DNA from: Minisyncoccota bacterium
GTDB taxonomy: Bacteria > Patescibacteriota > Microgenomatia > UBA1400 > PJMF01
Direction of reading: 5' to 3'
Assembly: GCA_003173865.1 (NCBI GenBank)
Contig: PJMF01000010.1
Coordinates: 19,088-83,087, forward strand
Length of the DNA: 64,000 nucleotides
The notes under the pieces: generated by a model
What the model saw: only the letters and a program-made list of their open reading frames with translations
What the model was told of the DNA's origin: nothing
Databases searched by the model: none
Position numbers and translations under genes: made by a program
Shown here: positions 9,266 through 19,260 of the stretch, in pieces
Layout: each line of letters opens with the position of its first letter
Numbering within the stretch: the stretch's first letter is position 1

Positions 9266-9838
9266 TTAAATATATTTCTTCCCCTTTTCCAGCAACTCGA
9301 TTAACAAAGGAAACTCTTTGTACTTCTCACCGGCCGTTCCAACACTAAAATGTTTTTGACCTGGAATTACCATTAATTCCGCTCCAAGTTGATTTTTCAG
9401 ATATTCCGCATGTTCTAATGGGCAATACGGGTCATCATCTGAATGAACAAAAATAATTCGTTTCGCATGTTTCTTTATTTTTTCAAAATCAAAAGGTTTC
9501 AGAAAAAGATCATCAAGCGCATCCCAGTTCAAGTTATTTTTGAAAGCTCCAACGAGGATGCATCTGTCGACAATGACATCTTCAGGCAGATTTTGTAAAA
9601 TCCCCAAAATTGCTACTGCACCTGATGAGTGACCAATAAGAACAGAGTTTTTATCAAATTTCCACTCTTTGTTACCGAATATAAAATTATTGTATGTTTG
9701 TATATTTGGTTTATCTGCATGGGGTAAATCGGGAACCCAAACTTTCCAGTTTTTCTTTTCCAACTCAATTCGCAACCAATCAAACCAGTTTTCTTTTGAG
9801 TGACCATTTGTTCCGTGCAAGATGAGTGCGTTTTTCAT
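9266..9838 (-). CDS. RBBP9/YdeN alpha/beta hydrolase
   Basis: ILHG, GHSSG, SDDDPY, HF. Confidence 0.9.
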   Translation of the reverse strand: MKNALILHGTNGHSKENWFDWLRIELEKKNWKVWVPDLPHADKPNIQTYNNFIFGNKEWKFDKNSVLIGHSSGAVAILGILQNLPEDVIVDRCILVGAFKNNLNWDALDDLFLKPFDFEKIKKHAKRIIFVHSDDDPYCPLEHAEYLKNQLGAELMVIPGQKHFSVGTAGEKYKEFPLLIELLEKGKKYI

Positions 9839-10239
9839 TTTGCTCCAATGTAGACAATTTCAAATAGGAGGTTATCCGGAGTAGCAAACATGACTTGATA
9901 GTATGTCTCATTTTGTGCGGACGTAAACTCTGGACGATGACGTGGGGTGTCAAAGAGAGACTCGATGTTGTTTTCTTTCAAATAACTTACTACTTGATCA
10001 AGATTACTTTGTTTTTCGACGCGGATAGAGAGATGGTTCATGCCTTTTTTGTCATAATCTAGTTTTTCCATGCTCGAATTATCAACAAACCACAGGTCAC
10101 CATTATGATTACTTTTGAATCCAATCGTGTCTAGTGTTTCAAAAATAATCGACCAACCTAAAAAGGCAAAAAGTCCTTTATAGAATGCGAGGTTTGCAAA
10201 AGAAATGTTCAGTTGGAGATGATAAATGTAAGACTTCAT
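9835..10239 (-). CDS. VOC family protein
   Basis: HLQLN, GMNHLS, YYQVMFATPD. Confidence 0.8.
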   Translation of the reverse strand: MKSYIYHLQLNISFANLAFYKGLFAFLGWSIIFETLDTIGFKSNHNGDLWFVDNSSMEKLDYDKKGMNHLSIRVEKQSNLDQVVSYLKENNIESLFDTPRHRPEFTSAQNETYYQVMFATPDNLLFEIVYIGAK

Positions 10240-10718
10240 AACTCTTTCTCCATCAATATTTGCTCAATAACTTCGTTAACCACTTTTTCTGGTTCACGTT
10301 TGATTTCTTTGAATCCATGCTTTTTGTAGAAGGCTTGGCCTTTGGGATTTAGTTCTTCAACATGTAGTTGAATTTTCTTGGCTTTAGGAAAATGGGCAGT
10401 TACGTCATCAAGAAGCAACGTGCCAATCCCTCTGTGCTGGTGCGGAGGTGAGACATAGAGGCGAAACATCATAATAGTATCTTCAGGCATATGCGCCGTT
10501 GAAAGTCCAATAACTTCGCCATTTTCCTTCACCACAGGAAAATAAAACTGAGAATTTTCAATTTGCTTGCTTAAAAATTCAACACTTTGCCACTTTTTAT
10601 ATACCTCATCTAAGGTAGTCTGAGACAAATGATCGCCATACGTATCAGCCCACGTTTCTTTGAGAAGTTGTTGAATACTTATTACATCAGATAATTGAGC
10701 TTGAAAAATTTGAAACAT
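10236..10718 (-). CDS. GNAT acetyltransferase
   Basis: LYVxxxxQHRGIG, N...FYKKHGF. Confidence 0.88.
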   Translation of the reverse strand: MFQIFQAQLSDVISIQQLLKETWADTYGDHLSQTTLDEVYKKWQSVEFLSKQIENSQFYFPVVKENGEVIGLSTAHMPEDTIMMFRLYVSPPHQHRGIGTLLLDDVTAHFPKAKKIQLHVEELNPKGQAFYKKHGFKEIKREPEKVVNEVIEQILMEKEL

Positions 10719-10845
10719 AATATGGTTACCAACTGCTTCACCTCTAAAGTAAGTAGGAAGCGCTTCATTTAGCAGCAATTACGCTTATCTCAATTATTGC
10801 ACCTAATGGAAGGTGAAGTATATCAGAGGGCTAAATGTAATTTAA

Positions 10846-10872
10846 TGCTCCCCTGTGGAATTTTATGCGCCC
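10846..10872 (+). repeat. att half-site copy (1-nt deletion)
   Basis: TGCTCCCC-TGTGGAATTTTATGCGCCC versus 28912 AGCTCCCCGTGTGGGACTTTATCCGAAC. Confidence 0.7.
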
Positions 10873-10987
10873 AAATTTAACTCTTTACTTTCAGCAACAC
10901 ATTTACCTTTTCACCGAGAACTAAGGGTAAAGCCATAATTTTTCTATGAAACTGAACTGCTTGGTCATACCGGTTGAAACCTCTTTC

Positions 10988-11725
10988 TCAATATAAAGAT
11001 TCAATTTGATGTATGTACTTTCTTATTTTATTAATTGCTCTTTTTTGAGTTTTATCTGAAATTTTATAGAGATCGGATAAAAGTCTTTTATGAGATTTAA
11101 AACTCAGACTGATACGTCTACGCTTCATTGATTGGTCATATTTCTCTCTAAAAGCAGTGTGCACTTTATTAAGGGTGCGTATAAACGCGTCATCCTCCCA
11201 TTTCCTGACAATACCTTTGATACTAATAAATATCAAATCTATCAAAAGGTTGACATCCTTTCTCAAAGTATGTGAGTCATGAATGTTTTCATCTACATCC
11301 TTGTTTAATCTCCATTCACCTCTTTCTAAAGAGTCATCACCGTATAAAACGGCCGAATCATTTTTTATAACTGTTTCAGAAAGTTTGGAAATATAGTAAT
11401 CCACAACGAATAAACCATACTCGGTTTCATGAATTACAGAATTAGCACTCCCACCAACAGGGCTCCAAGATTTGGAATAATGTCTGATTATGACAGGCGC
11501 AATTCTTTTAAATATGCTAGAAATTTCTTGTAGTATCGATTCAATTTCATCGTCTTGGAAAGTAATCCAAATATCTATATCACTAAATTCATCATTAAAT
11601 CCTTTAGTTCCGGATCCAAATTGATGAATAGCCACAGGCTCAAAGGATTCGAAAGTTTCGACAATTTTTTCTAGTAGTTGCCTTCTTCCTTCAACTCTTT
11701 TGTGCTTAAACTCCTCGATATTCAT
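10988..11725 (-). CDS. Pol-beta superfamily nucleotidyltransferase
   Basis: FGS...DEFSDIDI motif. Confidence 0.8.
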   Translation of the reverse strand: MNIEEFKHKRVEGRRQLLEKIVETFESFEPVAIHQFGSGTKGFNDEFSDIDIWITFQDDEIESILQEISSIFKRIAPVIIRHYSKSWSPVGGSANSVIHETEYGLFVVDYYISKLSETVIKNDSAVLYGDDSLERGEWRLNKDVDENIHDSHTLRKDVNLLIDLIFISIKGIVRKWEDDAFIRTLNKVHTAFREKYDQSMKRRRISLSFKSHKRLLSDLYKISDKTQKRAINKIRKYIHQIESLY

Positions 11726-11783
11726 CGAGGCAATTGTATCATTAGAGCCGTTATATAGCAGGCGAATATGATAAACTGAGTTC

Positions 11784-12062
11784 ATGACAATACTTGCCGG
11801 CTTAGCAACAATAACTGGCGTTTTTTTGGGCTTAGGTAGTCTTCCTCAAGCAATTAAAATATTCCAAACAAAAAGGGCTACAGATATTGCCCCTTTGACA
11901 TATGTCATCATGGTGTTTGGATCATCGATTTGGATTCTCTATGGATTAGAATTACACAATCTACCACTCGTTATTCCTAATGTATTAGGAGATATTCTTG
12001 GAACGATAATATTAGTAGGTTGGTTTTTCTACGGAAGGCCACGCAAAAAGCACCTTAAATGA
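11784..12062 (+). CDS. SemiSWEET/PQ-loop transporter
   Basis: LPQAIK, WILYG, PN; three TM segments. Confidence 0.9.
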   Translation: MTILAGLATITGVFLGLGSLPQAIKIFQTKRATDIAPLTYVIMVFGSSIWILYGLELHNLPLVIPNVLGDILGTIILVGWFFYGRPRKKHLK

Positions 12063-12073
12063 ATATTTTGATT

Positions 12074-12105
12074 TGGTCGCTGTATAAGACTTTATCCGAA
12101 CGATA
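12074..12105 (+). repeat. att half-site copy
   Basis: TGGTCGCTGTATAAGACTTTATCCGAACGATA; last 18 nt identical to 28926-28943. Confidence 0.85.
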
Positions 12106-12215
12106 GTTTAAGCATTGTTGCAGAAACCAATGGTTTGCGCACCTTCCTGTTCTGGTCCCGGCGCGGCAAGCCGTGGGGAAACGAGTTCTACAACAGTTCT
12201 GCAACTTCTTTCTTT

Positions 12216-13733
12216 TTATGCCGGATTCATCACAACAGAAACAGGTAAATAATTAGCAATACCATGGTCATACTGCTTTGGCGATACGTCACCAACAATG
12301 TTTATGACTGCATCTTGCTCGTCAGCATACTCAACTAAATAATATGACGCTTCCACAGGTCCACGCTTGGCATATGGTGTACCAGTACATTTTCTCCATC
12401 CTTCGCTCAATGGGTCAAATTGAGATGATTTTTCGTCCAATACCCCTTTTTGCACTAAAAATTGCCAGAAGTAATTAAGTGCAACAACGTATGTTTGCAT
12501 AATGTCATACGGTAAAAGCTCGCCTGATATACTTGGCAATTCCGCTTGCTTTCCCGGATTAATTGCCCCCTGAACAGTTTGCCAACCAGTAGTTTCTTCA
12601 TGAAGATCATCCAACAATTCCCGCATAACAGGCTCTCTCATGAGGATAGGAAAGCTAACCGGTAATGCACCCATGTCTTTGTCTTCTTCTTCATTCTTCT
12701 TCGCATTTTTTTCTTTGACTCTTCGGACCCCCTCAACAAACTTTTGCCAACTTTGAGGATCTTTGAATATATTCACTTCTAAATTGGTTGTCGTTTGATA
12801 CATATTCTCTACACCGGCGACCATTAGAGTGAAAAACTCGTCTGTTATTTGTTTTCTCGTCCAGCCATATTCTGCATTATGCTCTAGCATTTCATATAAA
12901 ACGCAATCTTGCGGAATCATTTTACTTTGATCTCGCTGGTCTTCAGGTTTCTCCATTTCACTTAGGTGACTATTGATCTTATCAACCACTTGTTGTTTGG
13001 TAGCTGCAACAACACGCAAATTCTCTGTTTTGAGATCACCATCCCCAGTTGCAGCATGAGCTGCATCCATATATGCTCGAATTCCTTCATCATATTGATC
13101 TGCAGTTTCCCAGCTACCCGTAAATGTTTGCGCTAATGCTTCTCCCAAAATCTGTTTGTTGAGAGCTTGGAGGATAAATGGCTTCCCCATTTCTAATCTT
13201 GATAATGCTACTTGTGATCGCTCTTTCACAGCTCTATCAAATGCTCCTGTCATATTGGTCAAGAGTCTCATGATCACTTCCTTGTGATGGTACATTTCTG
13301 GGTCGTTGATATGATGATGAGAATCATCAATTTGTCGTAAATGCGCTTGCAACATTGGTGAACGACCATATGTTTCATCCGGCCCATAATTATCATAATA
13401 ATTTCTAACATCTTGCGGCATCATACGAACAACATTGCGAACTATGCGTTCACCAGCTCTAGAGAGGTAAGCAAAACTTGCTGTTTTACCTTCTGTTTTT
13501 TCATAAACCCACATGGCAAGTTTAAGTATCAAATCAGATCCTCTGCCCGGATTCAAAAGTTGTTCACCAATTTCCACAGGAAAGACATAGAGTGGTGGTT
13601 TTCCATTTTCTTCGTTCAACAATGCTTCTTTAAAAACAAGACCTTGTAGAAAAACGTCAATCGGATCTGAGTCTCCATTGGATCCATCTTCTCTTGGTAA
13701 TTTTTCGGACGCATCCTTATTAATAAATGACAT
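12216..13733 (-). CDS. Divergent cytochrome P450-like protein
   Basis: I-helix-like QITDEFFTLMVAGVEN; heme-ligand-like PLSEGWRKCTGTPYA near the C-terminus. Confidence 0.6.
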   Translation of the reverse strand: MSFINKDASEKLPREDGSNGDSDPIDVFLQGLVFKEALLNEENGKPPLYVFPVEIGEQLLNPGRGSDLILKLAMWVYEKTEGKTASFAYLSRAGERIVRNVVRMMPQDVRNYYDNYGPDETYGRSPMLQAHLRQIDDSHHHINDPEMYHHKEVIMRLLTNMTGAFDRAVKERSQVALSRLEMGKPFILQALNKQILGEALAQTFTGSWETADQYDEGIRAYMDAAHAATGDGDLKTENLRVVAATKQQVVDKINSHLSEMEKPEDQRDQSKMIPQDCVLYEMLEHNAEYGWTRKQITDEFFTLMVAGVENMYQTTTNLEVNIFKDPQSWQKFVEGVRRVKEKNAKKNEEEDKDMGALPVSFPILMREPVMRELLDDLHEETTGWQTVQGAINPGKQAELPSISGELLPYDIMQTYVVALNYFWQFLVQKGVLDEKSSQFDPLSEGWRKCTGTPYAKRGPVEASYYLVEYADEQDAVINIVGDVSPKQYDHGIANYLPVSVVMNPA

Positions 13734-13883
13734 ACTACCCCTTTCATAACTCATACTAACTAATAATGTGGAAATGGCATTTTCCAAAATGTATCAACTT
13801 GGGTTACTGATGTCAATCATGTCTCCATTTTTGTTTCGTGGTGGAGTGAAGACACCCTAAAATTCTGATGGTTCCCTACTTTG

Positions 13884-14150
13884 TTATTTTCCAATCGTGG
13901 GTTGAATATAAACAGTAGTTTTTCCACTTCCCTGAACTTTCAAGAGACTTTTATCGACTAAGTTCTTCAACCTTCTCTGGGCAGTTCTCCGGGGAATATT
14001 TAGAATATCGAGAGTTTCTTCTAAAGAGATTGAGCCCATCTGTTTCACATAATCAAGCATTGTTATTTCTTCTCTAGAGAGCCGGATAACTTTTTGTTCT
14101 GCATGAGAAACTTCAGCTATCAATACTTCCGTTTTGAGTTTTTTCGCGAC
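13884..14150 (-). pseudogene. C-terminal wHTH fragment (Fic-family-like tail)
   Basis: IPRRTAQRRLKNLV...GSGKTTVY; no proper start codon. Confidence 0.6.
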
Positions 14151-14226
14151 ACATTCGCGCCACTTTGCGCGCCAGAAAATGAAAAGACCATGGTTACTTG
14201 AAGAAAATGTGGCTAGGATAGAGAAA

Positions 14227-14254
14227 ACTCCCCGTGTGGGATTTTATCCAAACG
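14227..14254 (+). repeat. att half-site copy
   Basis: ACTCCCCGTGTGGGATTTTATCCAAACG. Confidence 0.9.
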
Positions 14255-14266
14255 GTTGTTTAATCC

Positions 14267-15547
14267 TTAGTTTTCTAGCAACCACTCATACAGAGGAATC
14301 ACTTGTAAAGTTAATCCATCTTGTTGATGGATCATTTTTTCACTTTCGGTTACTATTACCAGTTTGGCTTTTTTCTGCTCTACAGCTGCTTCGACAAGAG
14401 CTCTCACTTCTCTTTCTTTAGTATTTTCATCACCAAGATGCTGGACAACTTGCAGTAAAACAGTATCTTTCGGCAGGAAAAAATCAACTTCATGGTCTTT
14501 ATTTGTCTTATAATAGTAAATATCCTTTGTTTTTCGTCTTAATTGCAAATAGACAGCATTCTCAATGAGCTTCCCTTTATTCTTTGAAAAAGAAAAACCA
14601 ACCGATTGCGTCAAACCGGTGTCAATGCAGTACAACTTTTTAGCAGCAATTTGTTGCTCTTTCACTGAGTAGGCATATTTGTTTACAACAAAAAAAAGCC
14701 AACTATTTTCTAAATACTCGATATAGCTAGAGACTGTATTCACACTTCCTAATTTAAGTAACTCTTTGAGTTTGTTAAACGAAAGAGCAGAAGATATATT
14801 ACTTATCAGATAGAAACTCAGTTCTTTCAAGCTTTTAACATTATCGAGCTTGTAACGCGTCGCAATATCTCTATAGAGAACATCGTCATACAAAGTTTTG
14901 TGAATCTCCAATTCAGGATATTTCAGTGCATCAGGAATTCCCCCTAAAACAATATATTCGTTGACATGCCGCAGAAGTTGTCCTCTTTGTTTTGTTGTTA
15001 ATACCTTTAAACTTGGAATCTCTACTTCACGAAAGCGTAAAAATTCTCGAAACGAAAATGGGAACAACTCAACCCGAATCGACCGACCAGTAAGCCGTGT
15101 CCCTAGCTCTTGACTAAGCAAAGAAGCATTCGAACCAGTTACGATAAACTTATATCCTTGGTCATGGAGTCTTCGTACAAACCGCTCCCACTCAGGTATA
15201 TTCTGTATTTCATCAAACAGGAATGTCTTTTTTTCTCCAAACAAGCTCATGAGTATCTCGTGCAGCTTATCGAAATCCTGAACTTGGAAGTTCAATAATC
15301 GTTCATCTTCAAAGTTGACGAAGTAAAAATCATCTTTCAGGTACCTTTTGGCTACTTGAGCTAAAAGTGTGGACTTTCCCACCCTCCGGAGACCTGTGAC
15401 AACCATGATTTGGGGAGTTTTTACAATATCACCCAAACTGCTTAAAAGCTCCCGTTCTACCCCAATGTCCTTCGCTAGAAATGCCTCATGCTGCTCTTTA
15501 AGAACAGAGGAAAGAACTTCTTTTGTTAATTGTTGATTTGATGTCAT
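14267..15547 (-). CDS. AAA_14 ATPase with DUF4143 domain
   Basis: GLRRVGKS, FDEIQ, TGSN, LTGR, KLYCIDTG, EN...EVDF. Confidence 0.95.
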   Translation of the reverse strand: MTSNQQLTKEVLSSVLKEQHEAFLAKDIGVERELLSSLGDIVKTPQIMVVTGLRRVGKSTLLAQVAKRYLKDDFYFVNFEDERLLNFQVQDFDKLHEILMSLFGEKKTFLFDEIQNIPEWERFVRRLHDQGYKFIVTGSNASLLSQELGTRLTGRSIRVELFPFSFREFLRFREVEIPSLKVLTTKQRGQLLRHVNEYIVLGGIPDALKYPELEIHKTLYDDVLYRDIATRYKLDNVKSLKELSFYLISNISSALSFNKLKELLKLGSVNTVSSYIEYLENSWLFFVVNKYAYSVKEQQIAAKKLYCIDTGLTQSVGFSFSKNKGKLIENAVYLQLRRKTKDIYYYKTNKDHEVDFFLPKDTVLLQVVQHLGDENTKEREVRALVEAAVEQKKAKLVIVTESEKMIHQQDGLTLQVIPLYEWLLEN

Positions 15548-15553
15548 ACAAAG

Positions 15554-15594
15554 ACTATACTACAAATAGTTTTCACTGTCAATGAAAACTATTT
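15554..15594 (-). promoter_or_regulatory. Sigma70 promoter (leaderless) with palindromic operator
   Basis: TTGACA (15582-15577), 17 nt, TATAGT (15559-15554), ATG 6 nt later; inverted repeat AAATAGTTTTCA-N7-TGAAAACTATTT over the -35. Confidence 0.8.
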
Positions 15595-15656
15595 GAATAT
15601 AGTTTTCAATATTGGTGAAAGAAAATTTTCCTCCACCAGATGTATTTTGATTCATT

Positions 15657-15684
15657 TGCTCCCTGTCCATGAGGTTATTCGGAC
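15657..15684 (+). repeat. att half-site copy (diverged)
   Basis: TGCTCCCTGTCCATGAGGTTATTCGGAC, reading LPVHEVIRT. Confidence 0.7.
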
Positions 15685-16187
15685 TCATTCTTTTTTAGCT
15701 TTCTTGTCTTTCTCTTCATGAGATACCATACTCCACCTCCGCCCACAAGCAACCCAAAAAGAAAGGATCCTCCACTGCCACTATTTGATTGACTCTCTGC
15801 CATTGATTGAGGTGTAGTAGATGGCTGAATGATTGGAGCAGGAGTTGGTAAAGACAAAGCTTCAGGAGGGGGAGTCGGAACCGGTAATATTGAAGGAGAT
15901 GGCGTAACAACTGTTTGCGCTTTAAAAACTGGAGAAGGTATAGGAGAAGGATTTGCAGGAACTACAGCTTGTATTGTTGAAGTTCCGCCGCACTCAACCA
16001 TACTACTATAACTGCAAGAAGAGCCAGTCCATCCATCTTTGCAAATAACCGCACCATCTGTTTGAGGGCCCGCACCACAATCAGCTCCACCATGTCCTGA
16101 GCAACAACCACTTCGTGCAAACACAACAGACGCTGAAATGAAAAAAAGAGAGAAAAATAAAAATGAAGTGAAGAGAGACCTACTCAC
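15675..16187 (-). CDS. Secreted Cys-rich protein with Pro linker and C-terminal TM anchor
   Basis: Signal peptide, RSGCCSGHGG...C...C, Pro/Thr linker, TM plus basic tail; GTG start after TATACT is inferred. Confidence 0.75.
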   Translation of the reverse strand: MSRSLFTSFLFFSLFFISASVVFARSGCCSGHGGADCGAGPQTDGAVICKDGWTGSSCSYSSMVECGGTSTIQAVVPANPSPIPSPVFKAQTVVTPSPSILPVPTPPPEALSLPTPAPIIQPSTTPQSMAESQSNSGSGGSFLFGLLVGGGGVWYLMKRKTRKLKKNESE

Positions 16188-16390
16188 ATATTTAGAGTAT
16201 AGAAACCTTACAGAGTTGTTAAGTAGTAACTTCAATAAAGAATTGCTGTTATCTTTTAAACCATTCCTGAACAGCATAAGCTATTGTTGGAAGTCTTCCG
16301 TTTATTCCTATCCAACCAGCGACTAGAAGTATTAAATCTGACCATTCAAATTTTACTTGAGAGAAAAATGTATATACCTTTCGACTACCC

Positions 16391-16470
16391 ATGCTGCAGG
16401 TGCGTCCTTTTTAATTTTATCCGTATCCTGAGTTTTATTTTACGAATGCAAAAGCGTTACTTCAATTCCC
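16391..16470 (+). repeat. Degenerate att half-site plus recombinase-tail remnant
   Basis: ATGCTGCAGGTGCG...TATCCTGAGTTTTATTTTACGAATGCAAAAGCGTTA (YPEFYFTNAKALL) matches the tail at 17808-17850. Confidence 0.65.
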
Positions 16471-16484
16471 AAACTCATTTACCT

Positions 16485-17699
16485 TTATACACCACTTCCC
16501 ATCATATTTTGACCTATAGACTGGATGAGCGCACTTGAATTTTCACTCTCAACATATTCCAACCACGCCTCTGAGTTATTGAAGAGAGACTTGTACTGTG
16601 GATCTCTCTGAAAAGGAACTAGGGCTTTCTCAAATGTTTCTTTTTCTGAGAAACCACCAACTCCACCTACAACTACAATACGATATCTTTTTCCTTGTCG
16701 AATAGCCGTCAATGCATTATCGAGATAAATTTGGAGTTGAGCTGTCGTCTTCTCTCCACCTCCAATAAGAAAAACTGTTTCTACATTAAATTTTCGTGAA
16801 GCAATCCCATATTCACCTACGAGTTCATCCCCCCATTTACTCTCACTATCTGATGGGGGTTGAGCTATCAAAATTAAACTATTACTATCCACAACATACT
16901 TTTCAGGGTTTTTTGCTAATGGGAGAGACATCAAACTTTCAATTCCTTGTTCTTCTAACGGAGCTAAAATTTGCTTTTGAATTCCTGCACTATTACCAGC
17001 AGCTACTATGAGTGGTCTTTTCCCACCTACTTTTGAAGACTTGTACTCCAAAATTTCACTTACAATGAGCTGGCACACAGATTTTGCTCTTTGTGCCTGT
17101 TCAACAGTGAGACCTTCTTGCGTTTCACCGCTTTGGAGAACTGCATCCATTGTTTTTGCCCATCCATCAATAAGTACTTTGCGTGCGTAAAAAAATTCTG
17201 GATAGTGATCTCTTAATTTTTCTGCCTCAATTATACGATATTTATTTTCACCATTTCCACCGGCCATTTCATAACGCAGTTGTGAAACAATATTTTTAGC
17301 TTCTCGTAGTAACTCTTGTTGATCGACTATGTAAGAAAAAGGATCGTCAAGTTCGCGTTGCAGTACAGTATTCGTTGACTTGTACTCAGCAATTGTCACA
17401 CGGCGATCGATTGTTAAATCAGGAGAACTAAATCGCAAATATACTCTAAATCTTCCCCTATATACAATTTCCTCTCCAAAACTCCCATGTGTTTCCTCTT
17501 CTTCTGATTCAGATAATTCAAGTGTCCACCCTTTATGCATAAGGGGTGCAATCGTATCAAAAAGATGCTGGACTGACTTCATCCGCCGACCTCCCGGTCG
17601 CGGTTCTAAGTACGGAACTAGAGAAGACAATTTATTTCTGAGATCGTATCCACCAATTTTTTGTTCTTGGGAGTGATTGTCACCTTCTTTCCGCATCAT
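16485..17699 (-). CDS. Protein with C-terminal SLOG (LSDAT-like) domain
   Basis: IVAAGNSAGI, WGDE, LIGGG, VVVGGVGG. Confidence 0.65.
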   Translation of the reverse strand: MMRKEGDNHSQEQKIGGYDLRNKLSSLVPYLEPRPGGRRMKSVQHLFDTIAPLMHKGWTLELSESEEEETHGSFGEEIVYRGRFRVYLRFSSPDLTIDRRVTIAEYKSTNTVLQRELDDPFSYIVDQQELLREAKNIVSQLRYEMAGGNGENKYRIIEAEKLRDHYPEFFYARKVLIDGWAKTMDAVLQSGETQEGLTVEQAQRAKSVCQLIVSEILEYKSSKVGGKRPLIVAAGNSAGIQKQILAPLEEQGIESLMSLPLAKNPEKYVVDSNSLILIAQPPSDSESKWGDELVGEYGIASRKFNVETVFLIGGGEKTTAQLQIYLDNALTAIRQGKRYRIVVVGGVGGFSEKETFEKALVPFQRDPQYKSLFNNSEAWLEYVESENSSALIQSIGQNMMGSGV

Positions 17700-17754
17700 A
17701 GTATTGTGGATTATATCAAAAGTGGTTCTGAAATCGTCCTATAAAGTATCGTTT

Positions 17755-17861
17755 TGCTCGCTCGGTGGGACAATTTCAGAGTAACAAACTGGGCAGAAGT
17801 CACTCCATATCTTGATTTTTATTTTACAAATGCAAAAGCGTTGTTGAACTTTGCTCTCTAG
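17755..17861 (+). repeat. att half-site variant plus recombinase C-terminal tail
   Basis: TGCTCGCTCGGTGGGACAATTTCAGA, reading LARWDNFRVTNWAEVTPYLDFYFTNAKALLNFAL*. Confidence 0.7.
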
Positions 17862-17882
17862 CCTACAACCTTCTTCTCCTTG

Positions 17883-18170
17883 CTATTTATTTTTGGAAAA
17901 TTTTCTTTTTTCGAGCTCAACTAGGATATCATCTAAAGTGATTCCTCGCTCAACCAGTAAGACAAGTGTGTGAAATGTGAGATCCGCTATTTCAGAAATC
18001 AGACGCCCTTTGCTCTCATTCTTTGCGGCAATCACAACTTCAACGACTTCTTCACCAACTTTTTGAATAATTCGATCATCTCCATCGCGAAAAAGCGACG
18101 CAACATATGAGCCCTCGGGCATTGCTTTCTTTCGAGCCAAGATCGTATTGTAAAGTTCCTCAAGTGTCAT
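17883..18170 (-). CDS. hisE: Phosphoribosyl-ATP pyrophosphatase
   Basis: SYVASL, KVGEE, EIADL. Confidence 0.95.
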   Translation of the reverse strand: MTLEELYNTILARKKAMPEGSYVASLFRDGDDRIIQKVGEEVVEVVIAAKNESKGRLISEIADLTFHTLVLLVERGITLDDILVELEKRKFSKNK

Positions 18171-18508
18171 AGATCTCCTTGTGATATTTCATTAAAAAAA
18201 CAGGAATAGCTCCCCGTGTGACAAACAGCACTACCCATCAGTTCGGCCTTTATGAGGATCGCATCACAATCACAGTCAGTAATAATCGATTTCACCTTCA
18301 ATTTATTTCCTGATTCTTCACCTTTCATCCACAGTTTTTGTCTGCTTCTACTCCAGAAGTACACAAAGCCAGTTTCTTGAGTTTTTTCCAACGCTAATTG
18401 ATTCATATAGCCAAGCATCAAAATAAGACCAGTTTTGTCTTCCTGAATAATAGTTGGAACTAAACCATAGCCCTTTTTAAAATTAATTGTCTGTTTTTTC
18501 ATATTCAA
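18167..18508 (-). CDS. hisI: Phosphoribosyl-AMP cyclohydrolase
   Basis: [25 protein letters not shown]. Confidence 0.95.
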   Translation of the reverse strand: MNMKKQTINFKKGYGLVPTIIQEDKTGLILMLGYMNQLALEKTQETGFVYFWSRSRQKLWMKGEESGNKLKVKSIITDCDCDAILIKAELMGSAVCHTGSYSCFFNEISQGDL

Positions 18509-19260
18509 CTTCTCACAATAATGTTTTTTGATCGCAAAAAATCTTTTACTTCTTTAATTCTCAATTCGCCGAAGTGAAACAGGGAAGCAGCTAAAGCTGC
18601 ATCAGCTGATCCTTTTTGAAAAACATCCAAGAAGTCACTTTTCTCTCCAGCTCCCCCCGAGGCAATGACTGGCACTGTGACCACCTTAGAAATAGCTTTG
18701 GTCAGCACAAGATCATATCCTTGTTTGGTTCCATCTCTATCCATACTGGTTAAAAGAATTTCACCCGCACCTCTCCGAACTCCTTCCTTTGCCCACTCTA
18801 AAGCATTTAAACCAGTTTCAAGTTTGCCACCATTTATCAGTACTTCCCACCCAGAATCTTTTTTCTTGGCATCGATGGCTAAAACAATACATTGACTACC
18901 AAACAGTTTTGCAGCCTCTGTAATCAGATTAGGATTCTTTACAGCCGCTGTATTCAAAGAAACTTTATCTGCTCCTGCTAGTAAAACACTACGAATGTCC
19001 TGAATAGAATTAATGCCACCGCCCACGGTAAAAGGAATAAAAATTTCTTTTGCGACCTTTTTCACTACCTCTACCATTGTTTTTCGCTTTTCATTTGAGG
19101 CTGTTATATCAAGAAAAACTAATTCGTCAGCTCCTTCATCATTGTAGAATTTAGCCAACTCAACTGGATCACCAGCATCTTTTAAATCAACGAAGTTGAC
19201 ACCTTTAACTACACGACCGTTGTTTACATCGAGGCAAGGAATAATGCGTTTAGCTAACAT
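18505..19260 (-). CDS. hisF: IGP synthase cyclase subunit
   Basis: [28 protein letters not shown]. Confidence 0.97.
   Translation of the reverse strand: MLAKRIIPCLDVNNGRVVKGVNFVDLKDAGDPVELAKFYNDEGADELVFLDITASNEKRKTMVEVVKKVAKEIFIPFTVGGGINSIQDIRSVLLAGADKVSLNTAAVKNPNLITEAAKLFGSQCIVLAIDAKKKDSGWEVLINGGKLETGLNALEWAKEGVRRGAGEILLTSMDRDGTKQGYDLVLTKAISKVVTVPVIASGGAGEKSDFLDVFQKGSADAALAASLFHFGELRIKEVKDFLRSKNIIVRS

Noticed and set aside
12110-12200. Additional att half-site near CCGTGGGGAAACGAGTTCTACAAC
   Set aside because: Too weak a match to the consensus to count without a PWM scan.
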